Positions 16,053 to 29,201 are shown, numbered from the stretch's first letter. The stretch is 64,000 bases of DNA from the human T2T-CHM13v2.0 reference genome, Homo sapiens (GCF_009914755.1 NC_060933.1); one strand, 5' to 3'. Translations and numbers: made by a program. Notes: a model not told the origin generated them from the letters alone.

Positions 16053-16610
16053 CGTGGTGGTTAATACTGAGTGTCAACTTGACTGGATTGAAGGAGGCAA
16101 AGTATTGATCCTGGGTGTGTCTGTGAAGGTGTTGCCAAAGGAGATTAACATTTGAGTCAGTGGGCTGAGAAAGACAGACCCACCCTTAATCTGGGTGGGC
16201 ACAATCTAATCAGCTGCCAGCACGGCCAGAATAAAAAGCAGGCAGAAGAATGTGAAAAGACCAGACTGGCTTAGCCTCACAGGCTACATCTTTCTCCTGT
16301 GCTGGATGCTCCCTGCCCTCAAACACTGGACTTCAAGTTCTTCAGCTTTGGGACTTGGACTGGCTTCCTTGCTCCTCAGCTTGCAGATGGCTTATTGTGG
16401 GACCTTGTGATCATGTGAGTTAATACTTGTTAATAAACTCCCATATACATATTATATATTTTATATACATATATATACATATATATGTATATAAAATATA
16501 TATTTTCTATATACATATAATATATATGTATTATGTATATATGTACATTATGTATATATGTACATATGTATTATGTATATATGTACATATAATATATATT
16601 TAAAAATATA

Positions 16611-16642
<32 letters not shown>

Positions 16643-16694
16643 AAATATATAAACCCTATTAGTCCTGTCCCTCTAGAGAACCCTGACTAATACA
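16053..16694 (+). mobile_element. MLT2A1-like solo LTR (HERV-L) nested in L1
   Basis: Starts gtggtggttaatactgagtgtcaactt, ends gagaaccctgactaataca; ~430 bp excluding the TA tract; L1 sequence resumes on both sides. Confidence 0.92.
16443..16653. repeat. Interrupted (TA)n/(TATG)n AT-rich tract inside the LTR
   Basis: Seen directly; contains a 50-bp near-perfect palindrome at 16453-16502. Confidence 0.97.
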
Positions 16695-19632
16695 TTTGGT
16701 ATAATTTGGCTGTGAATTCTTCTGATTCAGAGATTTGGTTGGTGACAGATTTTTAAAATTACTGATTCAATTTCATTACTCCTTATTGGTCTGTTCAGAA
16801 TTTTTATTTCTTCTTGGTTCAGTCTTGGGAGGTTGTGTGTTTCCAGGAATTCATCCATTTCCTTTAGATTTTCTACTTTGTATGGATAAAAATTTTCACA
16901 GTAGTCTCTGAGGGATCTTTTGAATTTCTGTGGGATAGGCTGCAATGCCACCTTTGTCATTTCTGATTGTGCTTATTTGAATCTTTTCTCTTTTTTTCTG
17001 GTCTATTAATTTTGCTTATCCTTTCAAATAACCAACTTTTTGTCTTGTTTTTGGAGTCTCAATTTCATTTAGTTCTGCTCTGATTTTAGGTATTTCTTTT
17101 CTTCTGCTCACTTTGAGTTTAGTTTTTAACTTGTTTTTCTAGTTACCTTAGGTGTGAGATTAGGTTGTTATTTTGAGATTTTTCTATCTTCTCGATGTAG
17201 GCGTTGAGCACTATAAACTTTCCTCTTAGCACTGTTTTACCATATCCCAAAGCTTTTGGTATGTTTTGTCTCTATTTTTATTTGTTTCAAATAATTTTTT
17301 GATTTCTGCTTTAATTTCATTGTCTACACAAAAGTTATTTAGGAGCAAGTTGTTTAGTTTCCATGTATTTATGTGGTTTGGAGAATTCCTTGTGGTATTG
17401 CTTTTTATTTTTATTCCGCTGTAGTCCAAGGGTATGGTTGGTATGATTTTGATGTTTTTGAATTTATTGAGACTTGCTTTATGACTGAGCATGTGGTCAA
17501 TCTTGAGGTATGTTCCAGGTGCAGATTAGAAGAATGTATATTCTGTGGTTGTTGGGTGGAATATTCTGTAGGTGTCTACATGGTCCAATTGGTCAAGTGT
17601 CAAGTTGAAGTCCAGTATTTTTGTTAGTTTTCTGCCTCAATGACCTGTATAAATGCTGTCCGTGGTGCCTTGAAGTCCCCCTCTATTATCGTGTGGCCAG
17701 ATAAGTATTTTCTTAGGTCTAGGAGTAATTGTTTTATAAATCTGGGTCCTCCAATGTTGAGTGCATGTGTTTACAGTAGTTAAATCTTCTTGTTGAATGG
17801 AACCCTTTATCATTATTTAATGCCCTTCTTTGTCCTTTTTTTTTTTTTAACTGTTGATTTAAAGTACTGTTGGTTTAAACTTATTTGTTTAAAGTCTATA
17901 TTATCTGATACAGGAACAGTGACTTCTGCTCTTTTTTGTTTTCCATTTGCATGATAGGTCTTTTGCCATTTCTTTACTTTGAGCCTACTGATATCATTGC
18001 ATGTGAGGTGAGTCTCTTGAAGACAGCAGAAGGATGGGTCTTATTTTTTTTTTTAATCAAATTTGCCACTCTGTATCTTTAAAGTGGAGCATTTTGGCCA
18101 TTTACATTCAAGGCTGATATTGATATGTGAAGTTTTGTTCCTGTCATAGAGTTGTTGCCTATTGCTTTGTAGTTTGATTGTGCAGTTGCTTTATAGTGTT
18201 TGTGGGCTACGTGCTTGCATGTGTTTTTGTGGTAGCATTGTTCTCGTTTCCATATTTAGAACTCCCTTCAGCATCACTTGTAGGGCTGATCTGGTGTTGA
18301 TGCATTCCCTTAGCAATTGCATCTCTGGGAAAGACTATATTTCTCCTTTGTTCATGCAGCTTATTTTGGAAAGGTATGAAATTCTTGGCTGGCATTTATT
18401 TCCCTTAGGAATGCTAAAAATGGGCCCCCAATCTCTCCTGACTTGTAAGGTTTCCACTGAGAAATCCACTGTTAGTCTAATGAGTTTTTATTTTTGCTAA
18501 TATGATCCTTTTCTCTAGCTGACGTTAAGATTTTTTTCTTTCATGTTGACCTTGGACAGTCTGATGACTATGTGCTTTGCGGTTGGTTATCTTGTATAGT
18601 ATCTTGCAGAAGTTCTCTAGATTTCTCGTATTTGCGTATTGATCTCTGTGGCGAGATTGGGGAAATTTTCCTGAATTATGTTCTCAAATCTGTTTTCCAA
18701 GTTGCTTACTTTCTCTTCTTTTCTCTCAGGAATGCCAATATGTCATAGATTTGGTCACTTTACATAATCTCATATTGAGAGTGAAATACTTATTGGACTG
18801 GATTGATTTGGTAACTGAAAGTGACTAAAAATATACAGGTCAGAAAGTTTATAGATCAAATTTATAGGTCAGCCCATTTAAGTTACCTGCTAACCAAAGG
18901 GAAAGGAAGTTTGTTTGAGTGAATTTAGTAGCAGTTACTGGAAAAATAAAATTTCCAGGGTTGACATCATTACAGATTCTACATACGGTAATATGGGAAT
19001 ATTATAAATTACTTTATGTGAATAAATTTGACAGTTTAGATGAAATGGTCAAATTCCTTGAAAGACACAAACTATGGAAGCTCACTCAAGAGAAAAAGAT
19101 AACCTGAATGATCCCCTGTATCTATTAAGGTAATTATATTCATAGCTAATCATCTCACAAATACAGGAGTAGATGGTTTTACCAGTGATTTCTACAAAAC
19201 AGTTAAGGAAGAAGTAATCCCAATTTTTTTACAAACTTATCCAGGTTGTTCAATACTTCTCAACTCCTTTTCTGAGGCCAGCATTACCCATGTATCAAAA
19301 CCTGACAAAGGCAATACAAAAAAGAAAGAAAGAAAGAGTCCAGCCTCATGAACACAGACACAAAAATTCTAAAAAATGTTAGTGCATGAAATCCAGAAAT
19401 ACATAAAAAGAGTAATATACTATGATCAATGGGAATTTATTCCACGATACAAGGTATGTTTAACACTTAAAAATTATTCAATGTGTTTCATATTTAAAAA
19501 AACTAAGAAAGAGGAAGCATGATTATCTCCATAGATATGCAAAAACAAGATTTAACAAAATCCAACATCCATTCCTAATACAAATTCTCCGCAAACTAGA
19601 AACAGGAATTTCCTCAACCTGATAATGGGCAT

Positions 19633-20011
19633 TGTTATGGGTTGAGTTGTATCCTCTCAAAATTCATATTTTGAAGTCCTAACTCCCAATTTTTCAGAAT
19701 GTGACTGTATTTGGAGATAGGCTTTTTGGTGAGGGATTTAAGTTAAAAGAAGGACATTAGTGTGGGTTCTAATCTAACATGACTGGTGTCCTTATAAGAA
19801 GAGAAAATTTGGACATATACCTGTAAAGAACAAAGGCATAGGGAAACGGAGGCTATCTGTAAACCAAAAAGAGAGACCTCAGAAGAAGCCAACCCTGTTT
19901 AAGCCTTCGTCTTGTATTTCTAGCTTCTAGAACTGTGAGAAAATAAATTTCTGTGGTTTAAGCCATGCAATCTGTGGTATTTTGTTATAGGAACACCAGC
20001 AAACTAATTCA
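19633..20011 (+). mobile_element. MaLR LTR (MLT1B-like)
   Basis: tgttatgggttgagttgt...gaactgtgagaaaataaatttctg...aaactaattca. Confidence 0.85.
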
Positions 20012-21514
20012 GTGATCTATAAAAACCCTAGAGCTAACAATTTTGAGACTCAACACTTTCCTTATAATATCAGGAATGAAATAAAATTGTCAATTCTTGC
20101 CATGTCTATTCAACATTGTACTGGATTTTCTAGCCACTACAATAAAGCAAGAAAAATAAAAAAGAGATACCCATATTTGCAAAGAAGAAGAAAACTATCT
20201 TTATTTCAAATAATATAATGAGATATATAGAAAACACGATGATCTACAGAAAACAATTGTAATCCATAAGTAAGTTTGGAAAATGCAGAATACAAGGTCA
20301 ACACACGAAAATATATCGTATTAGCAATAAACAATTAGAAATTAAAATTATAAAATAATAACATTTGCAATAGCATTCTATTCAATACATAGAGATAAAT
20401 ATGGCAACAGATGTGCAAGATTTGTATAGTGAAAAACTATTAAAAAACTGAAATTTTAAAAGATCTAAATAAATGGAGATATATACTTTGTTTATATAAG
20501 ACAATTCAAGATTGTTAATATGTCAATTTCTTCAAATTCATCCAGAGTCAATCCAATCACAATCAAAATCTTGTCCCTTTTTTTTTGAGAAATTGACAAC
20601 TTGATTCTAAAATTCACAGGGAAGTGTGAAGACCTAGAATAGCCAAAGCAACTGAAAAAATGGAAAACAAAGTTGGAGGACTAATACTATGATTTCAAGA
20701 CTCATTACAAAGCTACAATAATAAAAATAATAATTGTACTAGTATAAGAATAGACAAGTCAATGGAACAGAACAGCGAGTCCAGAAATAGAACCTTATAT
20801 ATATGGACATCTTATCTTTGAGAAGGGTACAAAAGCAATTCTATCAAGATTAAACATTTCAACAAATTGTGCTGGAATAACTGGATAGCCACATGCAAAA
20901 AAAAAAAAATGGAGGAGGGGTGAAGAATCTTGATCCATTTCTTCATACCATATACAGAATTAACTCAAACTGGAACATCTTCCTAAATGTGAAACGTAAA
21001 CATAAATGTAAACTTCTATGATAAAACATAGGAGGAAATCTTTGTGACTGTGGGTCAGGCAAAGATTTCTTATATTTAACACCAAAAGCACAATCCATTA
21101 AAAAGTGTTGGCAAAGATGTGGAGAAACATTGCTGGCAGGATTATAAAATAGTGCAACCACCTTGGAAAACAGATTGACAGTCTTTTGAAAAGTTAAATA
21201 TACAACTACTATATGATCCTGCTATCCCATTCCTAGATAGTTACCCAACAGAAATGAACATGTGTATCCATACTATAATTGACATATGAATGTTTATATC
21301 AGCTTTATTTCTAGTAGACCCAAACTGGAAACAACCCAAATATTCATCACCAGTAAATATATATGCAATTTGTGGTGTCTAGATACAATGGGATACTACT
21401 CAGAAAGAGGAAAGAACTATTGATACTGACGATAAATGCAACAATATGAAGGAATCTAAGTAACTATGCTGAGTGAAAGAAACTAGACCAAAAAATACAT
21501 ATGGTATGTTTTCA

Positions 21515-21821
<307 letters not shown>

Positions 21822-21870
21822 CTTTAGAAAATACAGGAAACTTTTGAAAGAATTGGATATATTGACTATC

Positions 21871-22256
21871 TTTATGGCCTGAATGTTTGTGTCCCCTCAA
21901 AATTGATTTGTTGAAGCCCTCACTCTCAGTGCGATGGTGTTTGGAGGTGGGACCTTTGGGAGGTGATCAGGTTTAAATCAGGTCATCAGGATAGCATCCT
22001 CATGATGGAATTAGTGCCCATATAAGAAAAAGAAGACAGAGATTTCTCTCTCTTCTCACCTGCAAAGAGGTCATGTGAACACACAGTGAGATAGCAGCCA
22101 TCTGCAAGCCAGCAGGAGATCCCTCACCAAGAACAAAATCTGCTGGCACCTTGAACTGGGACTGCCCAGACTCCAGAACTGTCAGAAATAAGTGTCTGTT
22201 GTTTAAACCACCTCGTCCATGGTATTTTGTGATAGCAGCACAAGCCGACTAAGAAA
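21871..22256 (+). mobile_element. MaLR LTR (MLT1A/MST-like)
   Basis: tatggcctgaatgtttgtgtcccc...gccgactaagaaa; flanked by actatc on both sides (TSD). Confidence 0.85.
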
Positions 22257-24913
22257 ACTATCTTAACTGTGCTGATGCTTTCACAGGGTCCTAGATATGT
22301 AAAAACTTACCAAATATTATAATTTAAATATGTTCAGTTTATTGTAGTTCAATTAAACCTCAGTGACACGGTTAAAAAATAAAAATTTCCATGCTTCTGC
22401 TGCAGGGGCATTTGAATCTTCCAAAAACCTTACTGTGCGTTAGGCTACCACTAAAATACTTAGCAACTGCGGTTTGGCGGTTTGGAATGGGAAGCAGAAT
22501 AGGCGCAGGAGACAAAGAAGAAGCCTTCAGTCTGGAAATATACTTGTCATACAGCTAGATTCACAAATTTATATTTTGATATGGCTATGATGATTGAGCC
22601 ATTGCCACTTGGTCTCTTAAACTAAAAGCCAGTGGTTACGTAAGCATCTCTCTTAACGAAGAAGAGATAATGTGACTTTGAATCCCCAGCATACTCTTTA
22701 GGCCCTTGAAGCAGAGCTCAATTGAAAAGAATTTTAAACATCTGAAAATTATATTACAGGATCTGGGTAAGGCTGTGGCAGGAGGAATGAGCTTAGAGTA
22801 GAAAAGTGAGTCCAGTGACCTGCCTCAAGGCCATTTCTTAATTTCTGAACCCTCCTAAGGAAAAGGGTGGATTATTCTTATCTTAAAGACCTCCAGCTTC
22901 TTACAGTTTTTAACTTAGAGGGACACAACAAAGTAAATTGAAAGGGCCCTGGCCTGGGATTCCCATGTCTCTGAGCATCTTTGGAGAAGTTCCCTGACCT
23001 AAATTATTAGTTATTACATACATGAAAAGAGATTGCACTGAATGATCTCCCCTGTGGTTATCAGTTCTAAAGGTCAATGATTCCATGGTGGAATGAGTTA
23101 GGAGCTTGGAGGTATTATGATAGACCCATGCCTGATGCCTGAAAGCTTCATGAGCAAATGTTTACACATCTCCACTCTCCTGTACACTTGACCTCAGTTT
23201 CTGTAGAATGCTTGTGCTGCGTTATCTCCATTTCATTTACATTTTCAAATGCAAGCCAACTTTGCAAAGAACAATAATAATGGAGGCATTTTATATCCAG
23301 TGGATTTAATGAGCATTCTTCCCTTTAATCATTATAAGTTATAATAGGACAAAATTTAAATGATTCTCAGATTGGAGGAGTTGTTCATCTGTTGTGAGAG
23401 AGAACAGATTATTCCAGTCCCTTTTGAACAGCTGGTATTTTGTTCCTTATGTAAAATAAAGGACATTCCCAGTAGCATTACAGTACTGGACTGAGGATAC
23501 ACAAGTTGCAAGGATGAGGAGGTAAATCCATAGACTAGTTATTAGAGACAGAGTCTTGGTTTCCTTTCTTGGCCCACCTGAATAATGTTACACTCTGAGT
23601 GCTCAGACCAATTTCTTAGCTTTCCTGGGCCTAACAGGGTCAAGGAGAAGTTATAGCTCAGGAAGTTCCCAAGTGAGAATGATGAGTCAAATTCTTAAAA
23701 AGCATTTTTATTTTTTTCTAGTGGAATAGGTTATTTTATATGGGAGTGCATCAGAGGTGACTAGAATAGATTATCCATTTTTTGAGTGGAATGGGTTATT
23801 CATTCCCTACATACAAGGTATGTGTTGATGGAAAAAAAAGTCCACTCCTGCCCCTCCTGCTTTACACTTCCAGCTTAGCTACAGTGAAGTGGAGGCGGGA
23901 TCCTTCCAGAGCTCGGCACTATAAATGGGCTGCTTGCCTGATATGAGAAATGTTTAATAATGCAGTGTCCTTGGGACTGCCTGCCCACCTGTCACAATGC
24001 CGGCCTTTCCCTCCGGATATTGTCAGGCTCAGTCTATTGTTCATGCACCAAACCTTCTGACACCTATTGTTATAAATGACCCTGCCTTTTGGAAGCTATT
24101 CATCATTTCCATAAATGGAACCGTTCTTCCTCTTACAGCACACATTTCCTTCCTGTTCTTACTTAGCAAGCAAGATGGACAGTTCCGAATAACTGCAGCT
24201 ACGTAGTGTGGTAACAGTCCATTAAGAAACTCACCTTTCAAAATAAGATGAGACTTATTGAAAGACTTTAATTGCCATCAAGAATTTCACTTCTACACAG
24301 CCTGTCAAACACATGTATGACAGTATTAGCAGCACCAATAGCCACAGAGCATAAACAAATTCACATTCTAGTTCTCAACTTTTTCTGCATGGGGGAAGCT
24401 TATGTGGGGGATATGTGTGTGTTTGTGTGTGTACTTTTGGGTGGGAAGGACTGATTAACATGTAAATATCCATGCAAATCAGAGTAGTCCCTCTTGAGTA
24501 TTTATCTACTTATAAAATTGTCCCAACTTGTTTGAAGTTGTAGTGTTCTCTGCAGTGTATGTATAGCTAAACAGTCTAGCAAATGGCCTGCTGACTTCAG
24601 AACCATTGTGTTGCACAATTCTAGTGGCATGTTTACATTACATTCTGTATGAATTGTGTTTCTTGCAATTGTGTGGTGGCTCTGCCCATCTTGATTCCTC
24701 TAGAAGATTTAATCCTCATTTTTCAAAGGCAGGGCTTCTTTGTCTTACTAGAAGTGCCTCCAATGTCTCTCTTGCTCACTAGGTTTTTAGTTACAACCGT
24801 GCTCTAGCAGTGATTAACTCTTTCCTAATGTCTACTCTTGTGTTTTGCTGTGTCCTAAAACAGGGTGTTGGTCCATTCACTCTGTTTCCTGTTAGCATCT
24901 ATGTAGATGTTAT

Positions 24914-25211
24914 ATTTGAGCTGGGGTTTCACTCTTGTTGCCCAAACTGTAGCACAACGGCGCAAACTTGACTAACTGCAACCTCCGCCAGCAGCCCCCC
25001 GCCCCAGGTTTAAGTGATTCTCCTCCCTCAGCCTCCCGATAGCTGGGATTACAGGCGTGTGCCAACACATCAGGCTAATTTTTATATTTGTAGTAGAGAT
25101 GGGGTTTCGTCACGTTGGCCAGGCTGGTCTCGAACTCCTAACCTCAGGTGATCCACGTGCCTTGGCCTCCCAAAGTGCTAGGATTACAGGCGTGAGCCAT
25201 CCCGCCCGGCC
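24914..25211 (-). mobile_element. AluS (Sq/Sp-like), tail nearly absent, small GC-rich insertion
   Basis: Reverse Alu dimer; extra agcagccccccg near 24990-25001. Confidence 0.94.
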
Positions 25212-25289
25212 CTCGGTTTTTTTTTTTCTGTAATGCTGGAGTGGAAAGGGAACTTTGTCATTACATCCCAGTTTTACCCGTTACTAACG

Positions 25290-25553
25290 ATGAGATCAAG
25301 ATTGGGGGCGACAGCAACTGGAAGGTTCCAGTTCATTCTCGTGAGCTCCAGCTTGTGTTTGTGCCTTCTGACTTATCCAGGCTGTCTCTTATTTAACATC
25401 CATCTTATTTTCCCCACTGTCTGGCCTGTGGACTTCAATTGTTAGCATCAGTCCTGAAGACAACAAACTTACTGGGACCACTTAACCCGCTCCCACAGCC
25501 GCATAAGTCCAATGTCTGTAACAAATCTTTTTATAAAAACACACCACATGCAG

Positions 25554-25588
<35 letters not shown>

Positions 25589-25650
25589 AGAGAGAATGAG
25601 AATCTTTTAGTGGTTTGGTTTCCCTGGTTGAACCTTAGCCGACATATATA
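25290..25650 (+). mobile_element. Old ERVL LTR 3' portion with (CA)n(GA)n tract
   Basis: Ends ggtttggtttccctggttgaaccttagccgacata, like ERVL LTR termini; CA run ~25555-25585. Confidence 0.5.
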
Positions 25651-25764
25651 CAATATATAAAGTGCCAGGATTATGGAAGATAGTCAATAATGAATGGACA
25701 GATGAATGACAGAGACCTGCTTGTCTGAATGAGGATGGAGAAAGTGAGGAGGTACACAAGAACT

Positions 25765-25875
25765 TAAATTTCTTGAGCACCTACTATATGCCAGAAATTA
25801 TGCTCTATGTTGAGGGTACAGTTGTGTAAAATCAGACTTGGTTCTTGTTTTCATGACAGTTGCAGTTTAGTGGCA
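25765..25875 (-). mobile_element. L2 remnant
   Basis: ttgagcacctactatatgccag...cttgttttcatgacagttgcagtttagtgg. Confidence 0.6.
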
Positions 25876-27040
25876 TTCTTTATCTTCATTGCTAGCTTTT
25901 CTGACTTCCTGCTGATGGCCATTTTAAGGCTACACGGCATATAGGTAATGTTGAAGTTACTAAAGAAAGCAAATGAAATACACACATTTTCTTCTTTTTC
26001 AACACCTCGCAATCATGACTGATCCACTTGCTGTAATACTCAGCAAATGTTTAATGGAGGAAGGAAGTTAGGGCAGGTGTGATTCTGACATCTAACAAAG
26101 GAGACAGAGCACCCACTCCTCTGGGATATGTTGCGAGCTTGTGAGGAGCAGGCTAACCATACTGACCAGGTTTTCTATTTCCCTGTTATTAATCCCTTCC
26201 ACAAGGAACATTTTGACCAAGTAGGAAAGTCTAAATAGGGGTCTGGCTCTCTTTGCTGATATGGTCTTTAAGCAGAAAGGCCATCTCTCTGGCATAAGCT
26301 GGTTTGTGATCTTGGGCTCTTCAGAATTGTTATCTCTCTACGGTATGATATTGACTTAGAAAATTTTTATAATCTATTGTATATCTTTGATGTATAGGAT
26401 TCCAGAATAAAAAAAAAATTGTCAGGAAGGATCTGGTAAGGTTACTGCTTACTAGGAGTTTTACTAAGAGTATATACCACAACCATGACATGGGCAGTAA
26501 ATAATAAAGACAGGTGTCTGAAATCCTGGAGGTCATGTCCTTATCCTTCAGGTCATGAGGAACAGCCAGGTTGGTTGAAGACTCAGGTTGGTTTTGGAGA
26601 AGAACCAGGGCACACAATGGAAGCATGCTTATATAAGTAACTGATAAAAAAGAAGGGATGCTCACAAGATAAAAATCAGCTCTGTGCTCATTTGGTTTTC
26701 CTCATTCCAGGCACATAATTCTGATTCCTGCCAGAATAGTTACATAAAATCTATACTTATAACAATAACCCAATGATTTTATAGCTGAGGACTTTACAAA
26801 GCCGCCCAAAGATTTGTTGAGAATCACTGACCCCACATTTTGTAATACTATGTATTAATTATAATAGATTCTAGCTTAATGCAGGCATCTTATCAAGATA
26901 ATAGTCTATATTTTGGTCTAATCTTCTCTTTGAAATTAGATTCCATTGATACTCTTCTTGATTCCATTATTATCACACATTAATGAACCTCAGGATGCTT
27001 GATCCTTGTCTGCCTCCGTCTCTGTTTGTGTATCTTTCTT

Positions 27041-27098
<58 letters not shown>
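27041..27098. repeat. Compound (TC)n(AC)n microsatellite
   Basis: Seen directly. Confidence 0.98.
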
Positions 27099-27100
<2 letters not shown>

Positions 27101-27109
27101 CTACCGTAT

Positions 27110-27590
27110 ACCTTATGTGAACTTTTGGAATTGTTCAGCTTACAGCTGCTGGTAGAAGTAGTTCTTTGACTGACTTGTGGAGTGTTACCCTACACATCTA
27201 CAGCTTAGTATTTGGCACAGTTGCCAGGGGACTCTTTCACAGGTTTCTGAAGTTCTTCCTCTGTGTGTCTCCTTCCTCTCCAGTACTCTGACCCTCAAAT
27301 TTGAGCCCTCTCATTCGTCACCAACTCTGATCTCCCTCCTCAACTCAGCAAGATGGTTGTACTGTGCTTGGCGTGTCCTTCCCTGATTCACGTGTTTCCA
27401 GGCAGAAAGCCAAGTTATTCACAGGGCTCCCTTTGTTTTCTTTCTCTAAAGGATCACGGTCCTAGACTGTAGGTTGTTTAATGTGTGAAAGCCATTGTTT
27501 TAAATATTTTCTTCCTTTTTTTGTTGTTTCTGGCTGGGTGGTAGGTCAGGTCTGGGACCTAGGGACTCAGTGCAGCAGAGAACGAAGCTC
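27110..27590 (-). mobile_element. Ancient L1M 5'-region fragment
   Basis: ctccagtactctgaccctcaaatt...ctcctcaactcagcaag...ggatcacggtcct matches my recall of old L1M 5' sequence. Confidence 0.55.
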
Positions 27591-28049
27591 TGCCTCTCTT
27601 TTTGGACCAGGAATAACTACATGATGCTCCATGTTGTTGCCTTCTCAATCTGGGTGTTCTCCCTGGGTGTGCACACATCCTTCTCCAACAGGCTATGACA
27701 AAGGATGGGGGTAATTTAAACTCCCTTGGGAGAAAAGAATCACTTTCTAATTAAAGTCCAAATTGAAAACTGCTTTCCTACTTTGGGAAGAAATATCAAT
27801 CTATGATACTTCTGACTTCCTGCAGATAAATATCATTAGACAACCTCCTCTTTCCTGGCTGTGGCAGCTCAGAATGTGTGAGTGTTCATTTTTTAACATT
27901 TCTTGCCCAATATTATGGAAGTTGCATATCTTTTCATGTGTACTCTTTTAGAATATAGTGATCAATGCAGAAATGTTGACGTTCTAGCTAATGGAATGTG
28001 TCTCTAGAAGGCCTCTCTGTCTTGCTCTAGGGAAGACTGGAGAAATAAC

Positions 28050-28215
28050 ACTAATGACTAACATTTGTGTTTCACTTCACAGATTACAAAGACTTTCACA
28101 TCATTATTTCATTGAATCTTCACAATTACTTCGAGAAATACGCAAGGCAAATATACTGTATTTTTCAAATTCACAAGAAAGGAACTAACTGAAAAACTTC
28201 AAACTTTTGGTTCAA
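28050..28215 (-). mobile_element. MIR remnant
   Basis: ctttcacatcattatttcattgaatcttcacaa. Confidence 0.6.
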
Positions 28216-28221
28216 ACGATT

Positions 28222-28309
28222 GGCTGGGCACGGTGGCTCACGCCTGTAATCCCAGCACTTTGGGAGGCCGAGACGGGCAGATCACGAGTTCAGGAGATCG
28301 AGACCATCC
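28222..28309 (+). mobile_element. Alu 5' fragment (88 nt, AluY/Sc-like), 3'-truncated
   Basis: ggctgggcacggtggctcacgcc...gagatcgagaccatcc, then abrupt switch to unique AT-rich sequence. Confidence 0.95.
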
Positions 28310-28565
28310 ACAATTTTACAACTTTATTGTAAGTCCCTTTGGTACGATTTATCATGAGTATAACTCAAATAAGTGCTTAATATATGATTTCCAACTTAAT
28401 GCAATATAATAGAAATTCAACTTTGAGATTTCTACAATTTTAATTTTTAGAGGAATTGCCCAGGTTAATTCAAAAGTGTGTTGCAAATGTGCTCTATTTT
28501 TTTTGTATTCTGTTATCTTGCCTGTGGGGAGCTAGGCTTTCCAGATCTTGAGGGCATAAATCAAG

Positions 28566-28584
28566 CGCCACCAGGTGGCAGCTT
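28566..28584 (+). promoter_or_regulatory. CTCF-binding motif
   Basis: CCACCAGGTGGCAG (28568-28581) matches the CTCF core CCASYAGRKGGCRS exactly; lies in non-repeat sequence. Confidence 0.7.
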
Positions 28585-28653
28585 AAACAAATTGCCAGTA
28601 TAGCCTCTGGTTGGAAATAACCTCCATCACGTGAAGTTTACAAGCCTGGCTGG

Positions 28654-28982
<329 letters not shown>

Positions 28983-29201
28983 TCAGAATGGCCAACATTA
29001 CCCTAAATGTAGAACAAATAAGGAACAAGGTGAGTTTTGCAGAAGACTCTGGGTAGAATAATGTAGTAGATACTGTTGGAGTACCTACCCAATTCTCACA
29101 CCTTTTCTTTTTGAATGATTCCCCAAAGTCCTAATTTAGGATAGTGGTTCTTTAGAACTTGGAAAAGATATTTAATCATGATGTGGATGTTTCCAGAAGC
29201 T

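Larger units (their letters stand above)
13175..18776 (-). mobile_element. LINE-1 L1PA15/16-like, 5'-truncated in ORF1, carrying nested Alu and MLT2A1
   Basis: Reverse 3'UTR at 13175-13700; ORF2 peptides on the minus strand ([23 protein letters not shown]); TSD-like 19-mers gagagtgaaatattaattg (13156-13174) and gagagtgaaatacttattg (18777-18795), 17/19 identical. Confidence 0.93.

Noticed and set aside
26092-26665. Two adjacent minus-strand ORFs (67 and 111 aa)
   Set aside because: No recognisable protein family or splice structure; lengths within chance expectation.
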